Positions 13,255-27,077 of a stretch of 64,000 bases of DNA are shown piece after piece (positions within the stretch are counted from its first letter, which is position 1; the number at the start of each line of letters is the position of its first letter). This DNA is from Callorhinchus milii (taxonomy: Eukaryota): contig NW_024704749.1 of assembly GCF_018977255.1 (NCBI RefSeq), forward strand, positions 22,816,001-22,880,000, written 5' to 3'. The position numbers and the translations under genes are program-made. Under the pieces are notes generated by a model that was not told the origin of the DNA, did no database searches, and was given only the letters and a program-made list of their open reading frames with translations.

Positions 13255-13625
13255 CTCTAAAAAGCATCTCACTCTATAATTAAGCGAGAAGTGCCTGATA
13301 CACCACTTCTGAGTGACTATCCTGTCAATTCCTATAATTATTTTAAATACCTCAATCAAGCAACCTCCTTTCCTCTATCTCCTCAAACACACACTACCCA
13401 GCCTCTCATCATACCTAAACCTCTTCAACGCAGGTAATAACACTGAATCTTTGCTGGATACCCTCCAAGGCTGGTATACCTTCGTCTCCTTATATATCCT
13501 TCCCAAGATTAGATGGCCCAAACTGAAGACAGAACAAGAAATGAGGTATAATTGGAGCTCCTTATAACTGGAGCAGCTTCTTCTTTGTTTTATATTCCAG
13601 ACCTCCTGTTATAAAGGACAACGGC
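13255..13625 (-). mobile_element. Decayed CR1-type LINE fragment
   Basis: ctatcctgtcaattcctataattattttaaatacctcaatcaag...cctctatc and cccaaaactgaagacagaac resemble the antisense CR1 ORF2 C-terminal region. Confidence 0.5.
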
Positions 13626-14130
13626 CTCCTCCATTCACTGGCAGCACAGAGCATGTGCAAATCAGCCAAATGCAGCAACAGGAGCTGGATATCCTGTTCA
13701 GAGCTTTTCACAAGGTGGCAACCCTTCTATGCAACATCAAATGTGTCTGAGCAGCAAGAGCCACAGGCACAGTGCGGCATCCAGTGAGCTAAACTGCACA
13801 CTCTGGGAGAAATGCCGATGATGAATTAGGGATGGCCAGGCCACTGCCTCAGCCAAATACAGTACTGTCAGCTTTACAAAAAAATCCAGAATGTACTTCA
13901 ACAGCGAAAACATCTGCCTTGAGTAAAGCCAGTTTATAAATACATACATCTAAAACGGGCAACCTTTTGTGTGTGTGTAAGTTATGCACTATCCTGAACA
14001 TCATCAGAAAACTAACATCTAAGCCAAAAGGAGGGACTTAAATGGTGACAAAGGCAGATAGTAACTGATTTAAAATGCTACAAACTTTTTGATTTTGTAT
14101 TGATGGCTTCCTGTTGGTTATATTGCCCTG

Positions 14131-14240
14131 AAATAATAATAATCCTTGCATTTGATATAGCACTTTATCACGTCTTCGAGACGTCTCCAAGCGCTTCATA
14201 GAACATACTGTAAAGTGAATTAACTGTGGGGAAAACAAAC
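14131..14240 (-). mobile_element. tRNA-SINE tail fragment
   Basis: aataataataatccttgcatttgatatagcactttatcacgtcttcgagacgtctcc. Confidence 0.85.
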
Positions 14241-15239
14241 TAGATATTGTACAGTTACACAAGACTGAGAACAACGTTAGCAATATTTCCATTACATTTC
14301 ATTTAACGAAAGTATCTTTGAGATTTTTTTTAAAAAATTGGAAAATTAGCCCTTATAAAAAAATACATTAATGAGTGCACTGTGTCCTTTGACTTCTACA
14401 GCAGTAGAATTTTCACTCTGGCTATGGCTGCTAGGTAACATTTAATTTTAGGTGGCGCTTGTGAGGTTTATACAGCCATGCAGGTTGATGGGCGATGTAA
14501 TAAGATTTACTTTTAACAAAGCGATAGAGGTGGCCTGCTTGTCCCCACCACAGGGCTGCCGGTCACTCATATGAATCTCCAGAACTCCTTGGTTCCATTT
14601 CAACCCACTGGAACCACTCTTCCTTCCAGCGGCTGACAGCAGTTGCAAAAAGAACAGTAACCCAGACTCACGTTATAGAACAAGCAGGGGGACAATGGTG
14701 ATAGCGGCGGCTTCTTTGGATGGGGCCAGACTGTCTCATGGTTCTCTCAATTATTTTCTAGTTCTGCTCACTTAAATCTTTTTATTCGCTTTCATTTTAA
14801 TTGCTTTATTTTTCTGCTTCGACTCTAACTTCCAAATTTTTAGTCAGATTGGTATTGGTGAAGATTAACCACAGGTGATTGATTTTAGTAAAAGATAGTT
14901 ACTTAGTTTTTGTAAAACAGGAATAGGATGCCAAATTCAGCCATTCTCAATCAAATTTAGTCAATCTGAGCGTGTTCCACCAGTTTTAGAACTCGTCAGA
15001 TCTTTACGTGCGAGTAATAGCTTTCACCAAACTGAAGCCATAAAAATTAAGATTCCAGAGGCCCAATGTTCTACCCAATCATAGTTTGTTTTAAAATTTA
15101 AGATTACCAGAAAGGTGGAAAATTCTTCAATTCATTCTTAATTTGGAAGCCGGTCTTTTCAAGAACTGAATAAGCAACAGCTTCCAAATTGAGACTGAAC
15201 TTAAGATTTTTCTCTAATTTTATAAACTTAATAATAATA

Positions 15240-17343
15240 TGATTCCCTTGCTCCCCTTACTTCCCGAACCATCTCCTACTCACATTAGTCACCATGGTAC
15301 ACCAGCCACCTCCGCTCCCTTAAAGCACAGATGCATGCCGCTGAACTCACCTGGCTTAAATCAAACTTAACGATCCATCGGCAGACCTAGCTGGACCTTA
15401 TCAAATCCTAACGCTCCGCCTTCGCCTCCGCTAAATCGTCGTTCTACTCCAAGACAATCTTGGAGGCCAAGGACAACCCCAGGCTCCTCTTCTCCATCAC
15501 CAACTGGCTCTTCCTCCCACCCTCTAAAGCCTCGCCCATACCTCCAATGCCAACTGCGAGGCGAAGCTGGACTTCCTCAAATCCAAAGTTGAGGGGATCT
15601 GCTCAGCTGTCTCTACCCTTCCGTCTACTACCCCCTCCCCATCTCCTCCTCCCGCTCCAGCCCCTACCCATCCCTCCCTCCACACCTTCGAACCTGTCTC
15701 CCACTCTCACCACCACGATAACCCGCATGAAACCGACCACCTACCCTCTACCCCATCCCTAACCCTCTTCTTACCAACCAGCTCCACCTCCTTGCCCCTC
15801 TACTCAGAGACATCATAAACCTCTTTGTGTCCACTGGTACTGTTCTCACCCCATTAAAAACGGCCGTCATCACTCCTATCCTTAAAAAATCCTCCCTGGA
15901 CCCATCACTGCTCTCAAACTACCACCCCATCTCCAACCTCCCTTTCCTCTCCAAGGTCCTGGAACGAGTTGTTGCTTCCCAGGTTTGCTTCTTCCTCTCC
16001 CGCCACTCCCTTCACAAACTCCTCCAATCAGGTTTCTGTGCGCCTTCAGCACAGAAACAGCCCTGGTTAAAGTGACAAATGACATTCTGTCCATCTGTGA
16101 CCAGGGCTCCCTCTGCCTCCTCGTCCTCTTTGACCTCTCTGCTGCTTCGACACCTTTGACCACTCTATCCTCATCCACCGCCTCTCCTCTCACCTCAACC
16201 TTCACGGCGCTGTTCTTGATTGGTTCAGATCGTACCTCTCACACCGCCTGCACTTCATCTCCACAAACGGCTTCTCTTCTAGCCCCCGGACCATCATGTG
16301 CGGCATTCCTTAGGGCTCTGTCCTTGGTCCTCTCCTCTTCAATATCGATATGCTCCCTCTTGGTGAATCATCCGCAGACATGGGGTCAACTTCCACATGT
16401 ATGCGGATAACACCCAACTGTACCTCTCTGCCTCCACCCCTGACTCTAGGACCACTGCTGTCCTGGCAGAATGTCTGTTAGACATCCAAGTCCTAGATGA
16501 GAGCTAACTTTCTTCAGTTGAATGTCAACAAGACCGAGGCTCTCCTGACTGGCTCCCATCAGTGCCTCCACACCTCAGGCACTGACAGCATCACCATCCA
16601 TAGATGCGCACTCCACCTTACTAAGCCAGTCCAGATCTTTGGTGTCTTGTTTGACAGTCTACCCCACATCCATGCCATGACCTGCTTCCGCAACATCTCC
16701 CGGCTCCGCCACTGTCTCATATTGCAGGCCGCCGAAACCCTTATACATGTATTCATTACATCGAGGCTTGACTATGCAAACTCCTCGCTTGTCGGCCTCC
16801 GCAACTTCTCCCTCCATAGGCTGCAGATCATCCAGAACTCTGCAGCCCATATCCTCTCCCGCATCAGGCTCCGTGACCCTATCACCCCCATCCTCGCCTG
16901 ACTCCACTGGCTTCCCACCACACAGAGGATACAGTTTAAGATCCTGGTTCTCACCTTCAAAGGCCTCCTTGGTCTTCCTCCTCACTATCTCTGCGACCTC
17001 CTAACCCCCTACCATCCTGCCCGCTCCCTCTGCTCAGCAGGCTCCAGCATCACTGCTTCTGCTTCATGTCCCCCGCCTCGCCCGCCTCACCATTGGCGGG
17101 TGGACCTTCTGCCACTCTGCCCCCACCCTCTGCAACTTCTTCCCACAGTCCCTCCGCCTACCCCCCTCCCTTTCTCCTTCAAGACCCATTTCAAGAACCT
17201 CTTCTTCGACCGTGCTTTCAATCACCCTGCTTCCCCCACTGCCCTCCACCCTCCCCAATCCCAACCCCCAGCTTGGGTCGAAACTGACTGTTCAGCGCCT
17301 TGATGGGAAAGGCGCTATACAAATGTAATTTGGTTGTTGTTGT
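15240..17343 (+). mobile_element. 5'-truncated, frameshifted L2 (CR1/L2 clade) LINE: reverse transcriptase remnant and 3' tail
   Basis: C-rich segment whose broken frames give TAVITPILKKSSLDPSLLSNYHPISNLPFLSKVLERVV..LQSGF, STETALVKVTNDIL..LVLFDLSAA, YADN at 16400-16411 (catalytic YADD mutated), LNVNKTE and FITSRLDYANS..LQIIQNSAA. It ends in aaaggcgctatacaaatgtaattt(gtt)n. Confidence 0.93.
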
Positions 17344-17663
17344 AATAATCCTTGCATTTGACTTATCACGTCTTCGAGGCATCTCAAAGTGATGTTACAG
17401 AATATACGGTAAAGTAAATTGACTGTACATTCTGGGCGAAACACAGCAGCCAATTGGCACAGCAGTTTCCCACAAACAGTTGTGGATTGAGTGACCAATT
17501 TTTAAAAAATTATTTTGTTTTTGAAGGGATTATTACCCCCAGAAAAGCGATCCACTAATTGACTAACAGCCAGGATTCCACTTACTGCTAGGTAAACAAA
17601 GGCGTGTGGAGTAAAGAAACTTGCCCAACGTGTTGCCCTGCCCAGGAATCAAACCCAGATCCT
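17343..17663 (-). mobile_element. tRNA-SINE, long subfamily, tail-to-tail with the L2
   Basis: taataatccttgcatttg...cccaggaatcaaacccagatcct; the A-box part of the head is missing. Confidence 0.88.
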
Positions 17664-17947
17664 AAATTTTTAAGACACAATGTCTAAGTCTACAGGCTAA
17701 GATTAGGAGGAATTCGAAATGAAGGTTCTATGGGTTACACACTTGTCACTGCAGCCCATGGGGAACATATACCTCTCACAATCTGAAGATATAATTTTAC
17801 CCAAAATGCTCAATTCACATAAATTTGGAACATTTGGGAGCAGTATTGTCTATATTATATTCTAAATCTTCTCACGTACAGTAAATTTATTGCATTTACA
17901 AGTAAGTATGCCTGTATCTGAATATGGCAGCAGAGCTAACCAACATT

Positions 17948-18015
17948 TATAGAATCATAGAATATTATAGCACAGAAGGAATTCGACCCATCGTGCCTGT
18001 GTTGGCTCTTTGGAA
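17948..18015 (-). mobile_element. CR1 3' terminus
   Basis: tagaatcatagaatattatagcacagaagga..ttcgacccatcgtgcctgtgttggctct is a typical antisense CR1 tail with (ATTCT..)-type repeats. Confidence 0.6.
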
Positions 18016-18059
18016 AGTTAATTATTTTTGTTTGCAAATTGTGGCTTATTTCATTTTCT

Positions 18060-18405
18060 CCCCTTCAATTATTCTCCTTTACTCTTCTCATGTGAAGACA
18101 ATAGCTCACGTTGAATATGGATCCAGGGGTAAAGGTAGCCCTCCAGTTCTTTAGTAATTGCCCATTCTTCATGTACGAGCCTAGGCAGTGACCGTCTGAC
18201 TACTAAACTATTATAGACACCAGTCCAATCTGCTGGCATCCAAACACTTTTTGACTTGCAGGAGTACTGAGGTGGCAGAAACCATGTTGGTTCCTTTCCT
18301 TGCCTAGCCTTTGGCTCTGACATCAAACCCTGATTGAGATCAGCTACCATGTTCTGAGCCTTCCTGGATGCTGTGGCACCACACAACACAGTACGTGGTA
18401 GGCAG
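18060..18405 (-). mobile_element. LF-SINE-like element, decayed
   Basis: gtagccctccag, gcccattcttcatgtacgagcctaggcagtga, gagatcagcta and ccttcctgg occur in the order expected for an antisense LF-SINE. Confidence 0.6.
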
Positions 18406-18687
18406 AAATCTGGGGAAGGCTGTCATTTAAAAGAGGAGACTATGTGATCACCGGTGCGTTTATGGTAGAATGAGGTTATGATGGGGAAAATAGCCCATAC
18501 ATGCACCAACAATTGGAGATTCCCTCCAAAAATGGCATAACAGCAGCATGTAGTGGAGACACTGCTTCAATCTGATCGACTGATCATAAGGTTGCAATGA
18601 TTACACAGTGCAGCACAAGTTATCACTGCTTTTGGAATTGATCTGATCTCGGATGTGAAATTTTGCCGGGAAAGGAATAAACTAAAG

Positions 18688-18860
18688 TTAATAATAATAA
18701 TCCTTGTATTTGATATAGCATTTTATCATGGCTTCGAGACGTCTCAAGCGCTTCACAGTCAATACTGTAAAGTGAATTGACTGTATATTTTATGGGCAAA
18801 ATACGGCAGCCAATTGCGCACAGCAGTTGTGGATTGACTGACCAAATTATCATTTTTTTT
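18688..18860 (-). mobile_element. tRNA-SINE 3' half just downstream of exon 3
   Basis: taataataataatccttgtatttgatatagc...gtggattgactgaccaaattat. Confidence 0.87.
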
Positions 18861-18900
18861 AACTCAACACTGGTAAAATTATTCCAGAGTAGACGTTTCA

Positions 18901-19197
<297 letters not shown>

Positions 19198-19204
19198 TTA
19201 CACT

Positions 19205-19570
19205 ATAATAATAATTCTTGCATTTGATATAGCGCCTTATCACGTCTTCCAGTCGCCTCAAAGCACTTCACAGAATATACTGTAAATTCAATTGACTGTG
19301 TATTTTGCGAGCGAAACACGGGGAGCCAAATATGCACAGCAGTGTCCCGCAAACAGTCGTGGTTCGAGTGACCAAATTATTAATATTGTTTTTGAACGGA
19401 TTTTTATCCCTGGAAAACCATTCAACTAACAATTGGGTTCCTACTTACTGCTAGGTAAACAGAGGCCTGTGGAGTAAGGAAACTTGCAACATTTCACCCT
19501 GCCTGGGAATCAAACCCAGGTCCTCTCGCTTGCAAGGCAAGTGCTCGAACCACTGAGCTACAGGACTCCA
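19205..19570 (-). mobile_element. tRNA-SINE, long subfamily, full length, ending ~28 nt before the exon 3 acceptor
   Basis: Tail ataataataattcttgcatttgatatagcgcc through head ccactgagctacaggactcc. Confidence 0.92.
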
Positions 19571-20357
19571 CTAAATGTGGCCACATCAACAAAATAATGC
19601 AATTAACCAATTTAAAAATCTCTTTTGAAACAGGTATTCACTATCCTATTACATACATCCCCCTATGGGCACCCAGTTTGGCATTTTACAGATGGCAACA
19701 TGTCTGTGTTCAGACTCTATCTCCCCTGCCTTTGCTTATTTTATTTACATACCGAGGTGCACAATTTGTGCCGAGTAAAGCTTATATGACAGTAACATCT
19801 ACAACCTGCCAAAGGTTCAGCTGCACACGAACGTTACCATTTTGTCAAAGCTAAACTAACCAGAAAGGCTATTGGAATGGATTAGAATAAAACCTACGCC
19901 TAATGAAACTGTGTGCCAAAGCACAGCAGTGAGGAAACGTAAGTCTGTAGGATCTAATGTACTGAAGACCGTGCCAAATACAAAAATAATAATGTTTAAC
20001 TAAATGTTTAAAGATTTTATATTTAAATAATTCCCTTGTATGAGTTTGTTCTCCAGAAGACTAATAGATGTCAACTCCATATTCAGAAACAGTGGAGATC
20101 TGAATACACAGCAGTACTCAGATGGAATATTATTCATTACTGCAAAGAATCAATAACCGACTAGAGATTAACAAAGTTTACACCAAATGTATTAGGACAT
20201 TTTATTACTCTAAATCTTTAGAAATAACATGAAACCATTAAACAATGCAGCATTCCCCTTTTTCCATCTCCTCACTTATTATACAGTATTAAAAGACATG
20301 TTCAGTACAATACAATCCCACAAATGTCCATGTTTTAAACCACTGTAGACAGTCACT

Positions 20358-20400
20358 GAGTCCTCCCAAAAGGAGTCTTCCCACAGGAGTCCTCCCAACT
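20358..20400. repeat. Three tandem 14-15 bp units, gagtc(c/t)tccca..
   Basis: gagtcctcccaaaag gagtcttcccacag gagtcctcccaact. Confidence 0.7.
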
Positions 20401-20598
20401 GAGTATAGATGAAGACAAAATGTCTGTCTGTCTATCTGTCTGTGTATCAGTGTATCAATCTACATTCCATATTGGATCCTTTGGTTGCAAGCGAAACTGC
20501 AATGGGTACAGCCAGTACAAGATATAATCCATCATATAACAAGGATTATTAATTACAGATACTGATTGCAGGTATTCACCACCCATACTCAACATCCT

Positions 20599-20762
20599 GA
20601 GGTGGCTCAGCTGGTTAAGCATTGGACTGTAATTGTACAATCAGAATGGGTTTGGGGTGTTTTTCACATCTGCTGGTTGTACTATAGATCACCCATGATC
20701 TTATGGAAGTGGCAGACCAGGCTCGAGGGGCTGAATCGCCTACTCCTGTTCCTACGTTCCTA
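20599..20762 (+). mobile_element. CR1-type 3' tail preceded by a tRNA A-box-like sequence (possible decayed CR1-dependent SINE)
   Basis: ggtggctcagctggttaagc...gatcacccatgatcttatggaagtggcagaccaggctcgaggggctgaatcgcctactcctgttcctacgttcct. Confidence 0.55.
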
Positions 20763-22044
20763 TAAAAGGCACGAGTTTCATTGGAGGATACTTGTCCCCA
20801 TCCCTGTGAATCGACTCAGCCCTCCATCCTTTTTGAGGTTGATAATATGATAATTTATACATACTCACAGTAAGTTATACTACATAACAACACATTCCTA
20901 CAGCCAGGCAATCCTACTGGCCATAAAATATCAGAAAAACTAAGAAAAATACACAAGGTTTCAAATACCAGAGCTATTGAGGTCAGATCATAAACACTTA
21001 GGCAACAGAAAACATAAGGCTGAAAGCAGAACACATAGTGTTACTTAGATTTAAACCCCAACAGTGAAACCCAGGTATAAAAAATACCTGTGAATAAGAC
21101 ATCCAGACACATGGGTGCTGAGTTTGAATTGCTCTTCTATATATGCATGTAGCACATTAGTGCTACTTTCACAAATGTACCTAAATCCAGGTGGCATTAC
21201 CTAATCCTTCTATCTTGGTGTAGAAAAAAAACATGCAATTACTACTAACCTATTGTTAATGTTCAAAATTGTAAGTTCCGTTTTAATATGCTGTACACCA
21301 GCCAAAAGCCGTGCAAACAGTAAAACGTTGGTTAACTGCGCTCTGGCTTTTCTGATGACACACTGGGTTTTGCTCATCTCTCAGCAAATCCTAATTAGCA
21401 GTCTTTCAATATGCAGTGCACCTGCCCTCTTGGATAATGGGAATGTGCATCTGCATAGAACACTGCATTCAAAGGCCAATAAATAAATTACAGGTCAAAA
21501 ATATTACAAAGCATTCTCCAACAAAACTTGTGCCCTTTACAATACAAAACAGCAGATGTGAAAATTACCCAAAGCCCTTTCAAACGGTACGATTACAAGA
21601 ACATTCACTTTTAATACTATTACTGTAATTCAGAGATTTTCAACAACTCATTAACAATCCATTAATAGATGCAAAGCTTTTGATTGTTAAATAAGAAGAA
21701 AATTACAAGCTACCGTTCTGTACTGAGCTGCAGACCTTCAGTTCAAACACTGTACACACCAGGGCAGTGACGCAGAAGATTTTTTTTAAACATTGGTCAG
21801 CCGGATGTCTGACACACATGGAAACCCATTGAAATGCTTAAAAATATTCAAACCTGACAGAATTCCACAAATGCACAGCAATTACCCATGGAAAAATCTG
21901 CTCCCGTGCATAGGGAGATTTAGCGGTAAATTACAGCTGGGGAATGAGAATTTGCAGCATATTTAAAGACTTAACGCCCCTTTCCTCAAGTAATGGGTTG
22001 TTAGCTTAATTTTCCACTTGCAAATAATTCTGCTTTACCGGTCA

Positions 22045-22115
22045 AAATAATAGCAATACTTGCATTTCATATAGTGCCTTATCATGTCGTTGAGACATCT
22101 CAAAGCGCTTCACAG
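22045..22115 (-). mobile_element. tRNA-SINE tail fragment
   Basis: aatacttgcatttcatatagtgccttatcatgtcgttgagacatctcaaagcgcttcacag. Confidence 0.75.
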
Positions 22116-22430
22116 GAAATATATCACAAAATGTATCAGATTCTTAATGACATACATTTGGTTGGCTCCTGCCCATTTGGGAACCAGAAATACAATATTA
22201 GGAGACTCCTATAGAGCAAATCTGGAAGAGCAATAGGACCAGCTCAGAAACATTTCCTCCCCTTCCACTCCCCCCATCAAGATATGCCTATACACCAAGA
22301 GTACGTTGGACACCAGTATCAGAGCACTGAAGTTGAGGTTATAATATATAATATTATATATAATATCCAATGAACACCACAAGTGATATGTTGATCAGGG
22401 ATCCACATATGAGATTCATGTATTCGGAAA

Positions 22431-22505
22431 ATAACAACAACAAATTACATTTGTATAGTGCCTTTCACATGTGGAGGATGTCCCAAGACCCTGGACAGTC
22501 AGGGA
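22431..22505 (-). mobile_element. L2 3' tip
   Basis: aacaacaacaaattacatttgtatagtgcctttcacatgtggaggatgtcccaagaccctggacagtcaggg. Confidence 0.75.
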
Positions 22506-23611
22506 AAGAAAGAAAGCTACAAGAGAGCAAGTATATTTAAATGGTAGAACATTCAGCAATTTCATCACAAACAAAGAGGCAAAGAAGCCATATTTGCACC
22601 TTTCACATTGTTTCTCAAGCAAGAGGATAGGAGCAGAAGGAAAGAAGATGCTGGAATCGAGATTAGTTTTTCTTTGACCTCACTGAAATTGTTCAAATTT
22701 TGACTTAAACTCAGTTGCAGGATTATTGCAGTACAAAAGATTACAGCGGCAGATCTGATCCTAGATGACAAATTATTAAATTTGAATAAAAAGGGACATT
22801 TTTAAAGAAGTTTGAGAGTTTTAAATGACAACATATATATAAGCAGATCTGACCGGTAATAGCTTTGAAATTTAGTTTTGGTAGGCTCTGGTATTGTGTT
22901 CCTGTCAGAAGCATTGATGGAATAGAAGGGCATTGACAGCACTGTTAGCTGAACATATACTGTGTGAATCTGAGAGCGAATGTCACTTTCACTCTTGCAT
23001 AAAGCATCCGTGTGGTACTGTATGTGCACGTTTCTCATGTCAGCTTTATTAAGTATAACACATTCTGAAGCTCTACGCATTCCACTTTCCAGACTAACCC
23101 AGTTGTCACTTTCACTTGTCTTGTTCTGCATGCAGGAAAAATGCAACACTGGGAATTTACAAGACTTTTCTGTTAAATGGCCATAAATCACAGGTTTCAT
23201 TCAAACCGAATAATCACTGGCCATAAAGAGCTACTTGTCTCTTACCATATATTACAGTCAAGTTCCTGTGAGCAATAATGCATCCGTTCATAGAAAAGAA
23301 AAACAGAGCTAGACATTAAGAACTGACATCTAATTCTGTTACAGAAGCCAATGTGTAGAGTGTGGATGACATTTTTATCATACATGTCTATTTCCATTTG
23401 GAAAATAAGCAGAATAAAAATGATTACCCAACTGCCCAAACTCAAGCTTCCTAGAGACGTCTTCTGGAGGTCTCCAGACGGCAGTTTTATAATGTTTCAT
23501 TAAATGTGAAGACTCTAAAGCATAGAGCCAGAATGGTGCCTTACAGAATAAACAAAGGAAAAACAGCTGTGTGTATTAACATGTTCCCAGCTACCCTAAG
23601 TTAAAATTGAT

Positions 23612-23920
23612 GATAATAATAATCCTTGCAATTGATATAGAGCCTAATCACGTCTTCAAGACGTCTCAAAGCGCTTCACAAAATATACTGTAAAGTGAAT
23701 TGACTGTATATTTTCTGGGCGAAACATGAGTGCCAATTGCGCACAGCAGTGTCCCACAAACAGTCGTGGATTGAGTGACCAAATTATCATTATTATTTTT
23801 AAGGGGTTATCACTTCTGGAAAAGGGATCCACCAATCAACTAACAACCGGGTTCCTACTTACTGCTAGGTGAACTGAGACCTGTAGAGTAAGGAAACTGG
23901 CACAACATTTCGCCCAGGAA
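23612..23920 (-). mobile_element. tRNA-SINE, long subfamily, head truncated
   Basis: Complete tail and body through gtaaggaaactggcacaacatttcgcccaggaatc. Confidence 0.9.
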
Positions 23921-24995
23921 TCGATTATTAATGATAATCTTAACGAATAGGCTTGATGAAGTGAACGGCCTTTTCTTTTCTCATTCCACACTTTATTATG
24001 TTGTAAACGAAAGGCTGAACCAGATAATAAATGCAAGATTAATCAATAGGTCAATGCTGCTCTCAATTTTTTTTAATGTTTTTAGTTTTGCAGAAAATTA
24101 AAATGGAAGATGTTCATTAATCTAAAGCATCCCGCATTCTAAATCACAGGAGAATTTGGCTTCTACCTGAATTGGGGCATTAATTCTGGGAAATGATTAC
24201 AACAGTCAATGAATCAGTATCCACTAAGACGGTTGCACCTGAGGAGGTTTCTTTGCAATTGCATTACACAGTATATTTGTTTCTATGGCTGACTCTGTCT
24301 GCAGTTTTAATTTTCACAGCTTGTGTTCCAAGCTGCCCTTTGTGCACACCGTTTAATATTGCACTCTCCTTTTACTGGATTTCTACGTTTTTACAGACCA
24401 GACTGTAATTAGATTCCACTTTACAGCCTTATGATCCTAGACCCGTCAATCCAGTAAGCTACCAACCAATATCATAGACTGAACCCTTCTAACAGTAAAA
24501 GTCAAACGAGAAACTTATGAGGAACTTAATAAATCCAGCTGCTTTCTCTTACTCTTTACAAAATCTTGTTAAATAGAGCACTACGGACTCTCCTGGCAGC
24601 TATAACTTTGCACTGATATAACAGAATCAGGACGTCAGTGCTCTCTGGTGTACTGTGTACTCCCACTCTGTGCTCTCAATATCCTTCAGATCTGTGGGTT
24701 TATCTGACCTTTAATCTGACGCTTGTTTACTTTCATCACCAAAGTGTAATTCGGAAAGTAGTAAAGTAGCAACCATGCTGATCTAAAACAAAAAGGATAT
24801 GCAATGGATAAATATTTTATTAAACAGCTACATATGGTAGAACAGTGAGGCTATTGCAATTGTTCATTGCAGTGGTGAAGGGTGGACACCATGAACATGA
24901 TTAAAATGAGACATTTTCATGCTTATAAATTTTGCTTGGAAGTCTGAATAGACTTTTTACCCATACATTAGTCTTATACTAATGAACAGGAGGGA

Positions 24996-25052
24996 AACGT
25001 CCTTCCGACGTGAAAGGCTCTATACAAATGTAATTTTTGTTTGTTTGTTTTC
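24996..25052 (+). mobile_element. L2 3' tip (stem-loop and tail only)
   Basis: acgtccttccgacgtgaaaggctctatacaaatgtaatttttgtttgtttg. Confidence 0.75.
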
Positions 25053-25251
25053 AACATTTTATGCTAACATGTGTTCGAACGTGCCATTTCTGGATGGTAT
25101 AGAAATTACTTACAAAAATATATTCTACATAATATTACAGTGAAATGGAGAGTGTGTTAAAGCAACAGCTTTTAAATGATTTATTGCAGATCACACTAAC
25201 CAACCCACTTTCACTGATGAAACTAGCAAGAGAGAAAGTAACAGCTACACA

Positions 25252-25632
25252 ATAATATAATAATTATCCTTGCATTTGATATAGCGTCTTATCACGTCTC
25301 CGGGATGTCTCAAAGTACTTCACAGAATACACTGTAAAGTGAATTGACTGTACATTCTTTGTAGGCGAAACGCCGGCAGCCAACTGAGCACAGCAATGTC
25401 CCACAAACAGTCGTGGATTGAGTGAGCAATTTATTATTATTTATTTTGAAGGAATTATTACCCCCAGGAAAGCGACCCGCCAATCGACTAACAACCGGGT
25501 TCCTACTTACTGCTAGGTAAACAGAGGCATGTGGAGTAAGAAAACTTGCCCAACATTTCGCCCTGCCGGGAATCAAACCCAGGTCTCACGCTTGCAAGGC
25601 AAGTGCTCTTAACTACTGAGCTACAGGACTCC
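25252..25632 (-). mobile_element. tRNA-SINE, long subfamily, full length
   Basis: Tail aataatataataattatccttgcatttg to head actgagctacaggactcc. Confidence 0.92.
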
Positions 25633-27077
25633 ACAATGGGTTAGGTCTTTAAAACCAATAGTGTTGGAGGCTGACAAATTCATTGCAAGCATTTCAAAAT
25701 CACGATTACTATAATATGGAAAGAAACCGATCCATTTCTTATTTGTCAATTATGCTAAATACAGGTAAATATTTTAATGAAAGTATTCCAAATAAAATCC
25801 AAGGCATTTGGCTTTCCTTGGAACACATTACCTGGTGTATCTTAAATATGCCTGAGGGTCCACACATGTATGGCAATTAACATGCCATTAACACATTAAC
25901 TTATACACATTAGACATAGTATGTGTTAATAGCGGAATAATTACTGAAAGTGTTATTCAAGACCCTCTAGCTATTTCCAAAGATATGATGTGCAGAAACA
26001 AATGGCACAAATGTCTTACGGGTGCACATTTTCAGGAATTAAACAAACATTTTTTTTCAATAAATAAGGCTTTGACCCAATGTGAAACACATTAGGCTAT
26101 GGTTACAGATAAACTGCAGACCTCAATGCTCATTCTGTACTAACAGTTCTTTGTTGTTCTTAGCTGAAGGAAAATAACAGTTTGCTGTAAAAGCAACAAC
26201 TCTTAAGGTGTTAGGTAAATCAAAACACATAATGTTGATTTAACAAGTCAGAAGATTGATGTTATTTTTCCAAAAAATGTCCACAAAAAAGCTTGTGTAG
26301 AAGGGGAGAACCCCAAATTATTATTTTAGTTACTCCTTCACCATTTCAGTTGGCGGACATTTCTTGCCTGTTGTAAGATCATGTCATGCGTTATTCTGCT
26401 CTTTAGCCCACGGCTGAGATTAGTTTGGGGCTCATAACATGGAAGAGCTGTATTCTGAAATCACAACCAGTGGTTGGTGAATGAATTTGAAATGAACTTA
26501 AGAGAATAAATTAAAAAATACAATAATCAGTTGTATCCCAGAATCAGATCTCTGTCTTTCATTCATGTAAGTTGCAAAATGTCCAGCATTTACTCTCGTT
26601 ATGGAGTCTGTTTTTACAGGTTATATGCTGGAATTGGGGACAGTAATCTCTTTAATACCATATGCTGTTTGTTGCAGCAAACAGGAGCTGAATTTTGGGA
26701 TCATACGTGGCCTAGTAATGATGCAATTTTATTCGCGATTCAACTTTCATTTTTACAGCATCTTAAATGTCTCAAAGTACTTAAAAGATATGAAAGAACC
26801 AGACTTTTTAGGGATTTTCAAACATGAGGGGTTCAAGCACAATCTCCCCCCTTTGTTTTCCTGAAACGAACAATAAAACATAGCACTGTAGCATCACTGA
26901 GGCTCCTCAGGTGTCCCTCCTGACAGTGGAGCTGCCTCTGTGCCTCTTGCACTTACAGTAATAGGTTATTACTTCCCCAGTGTGGGTAATGCTATGCTGT
27001 ATGCCGAGGGGCTTGTGCAGAAGCACATTTTCAAAAAAAATATTATTGCCCCTATGCCAGATACTAAGTATAGATGG

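Noticed and set aside
15460-17303. Several overlapping 60-140 aa ORFs
   Set aside because: Frameshifted pieces and antisense shadows of the dead L2; the catalytic motif is YADN, so it is not a functional RT.
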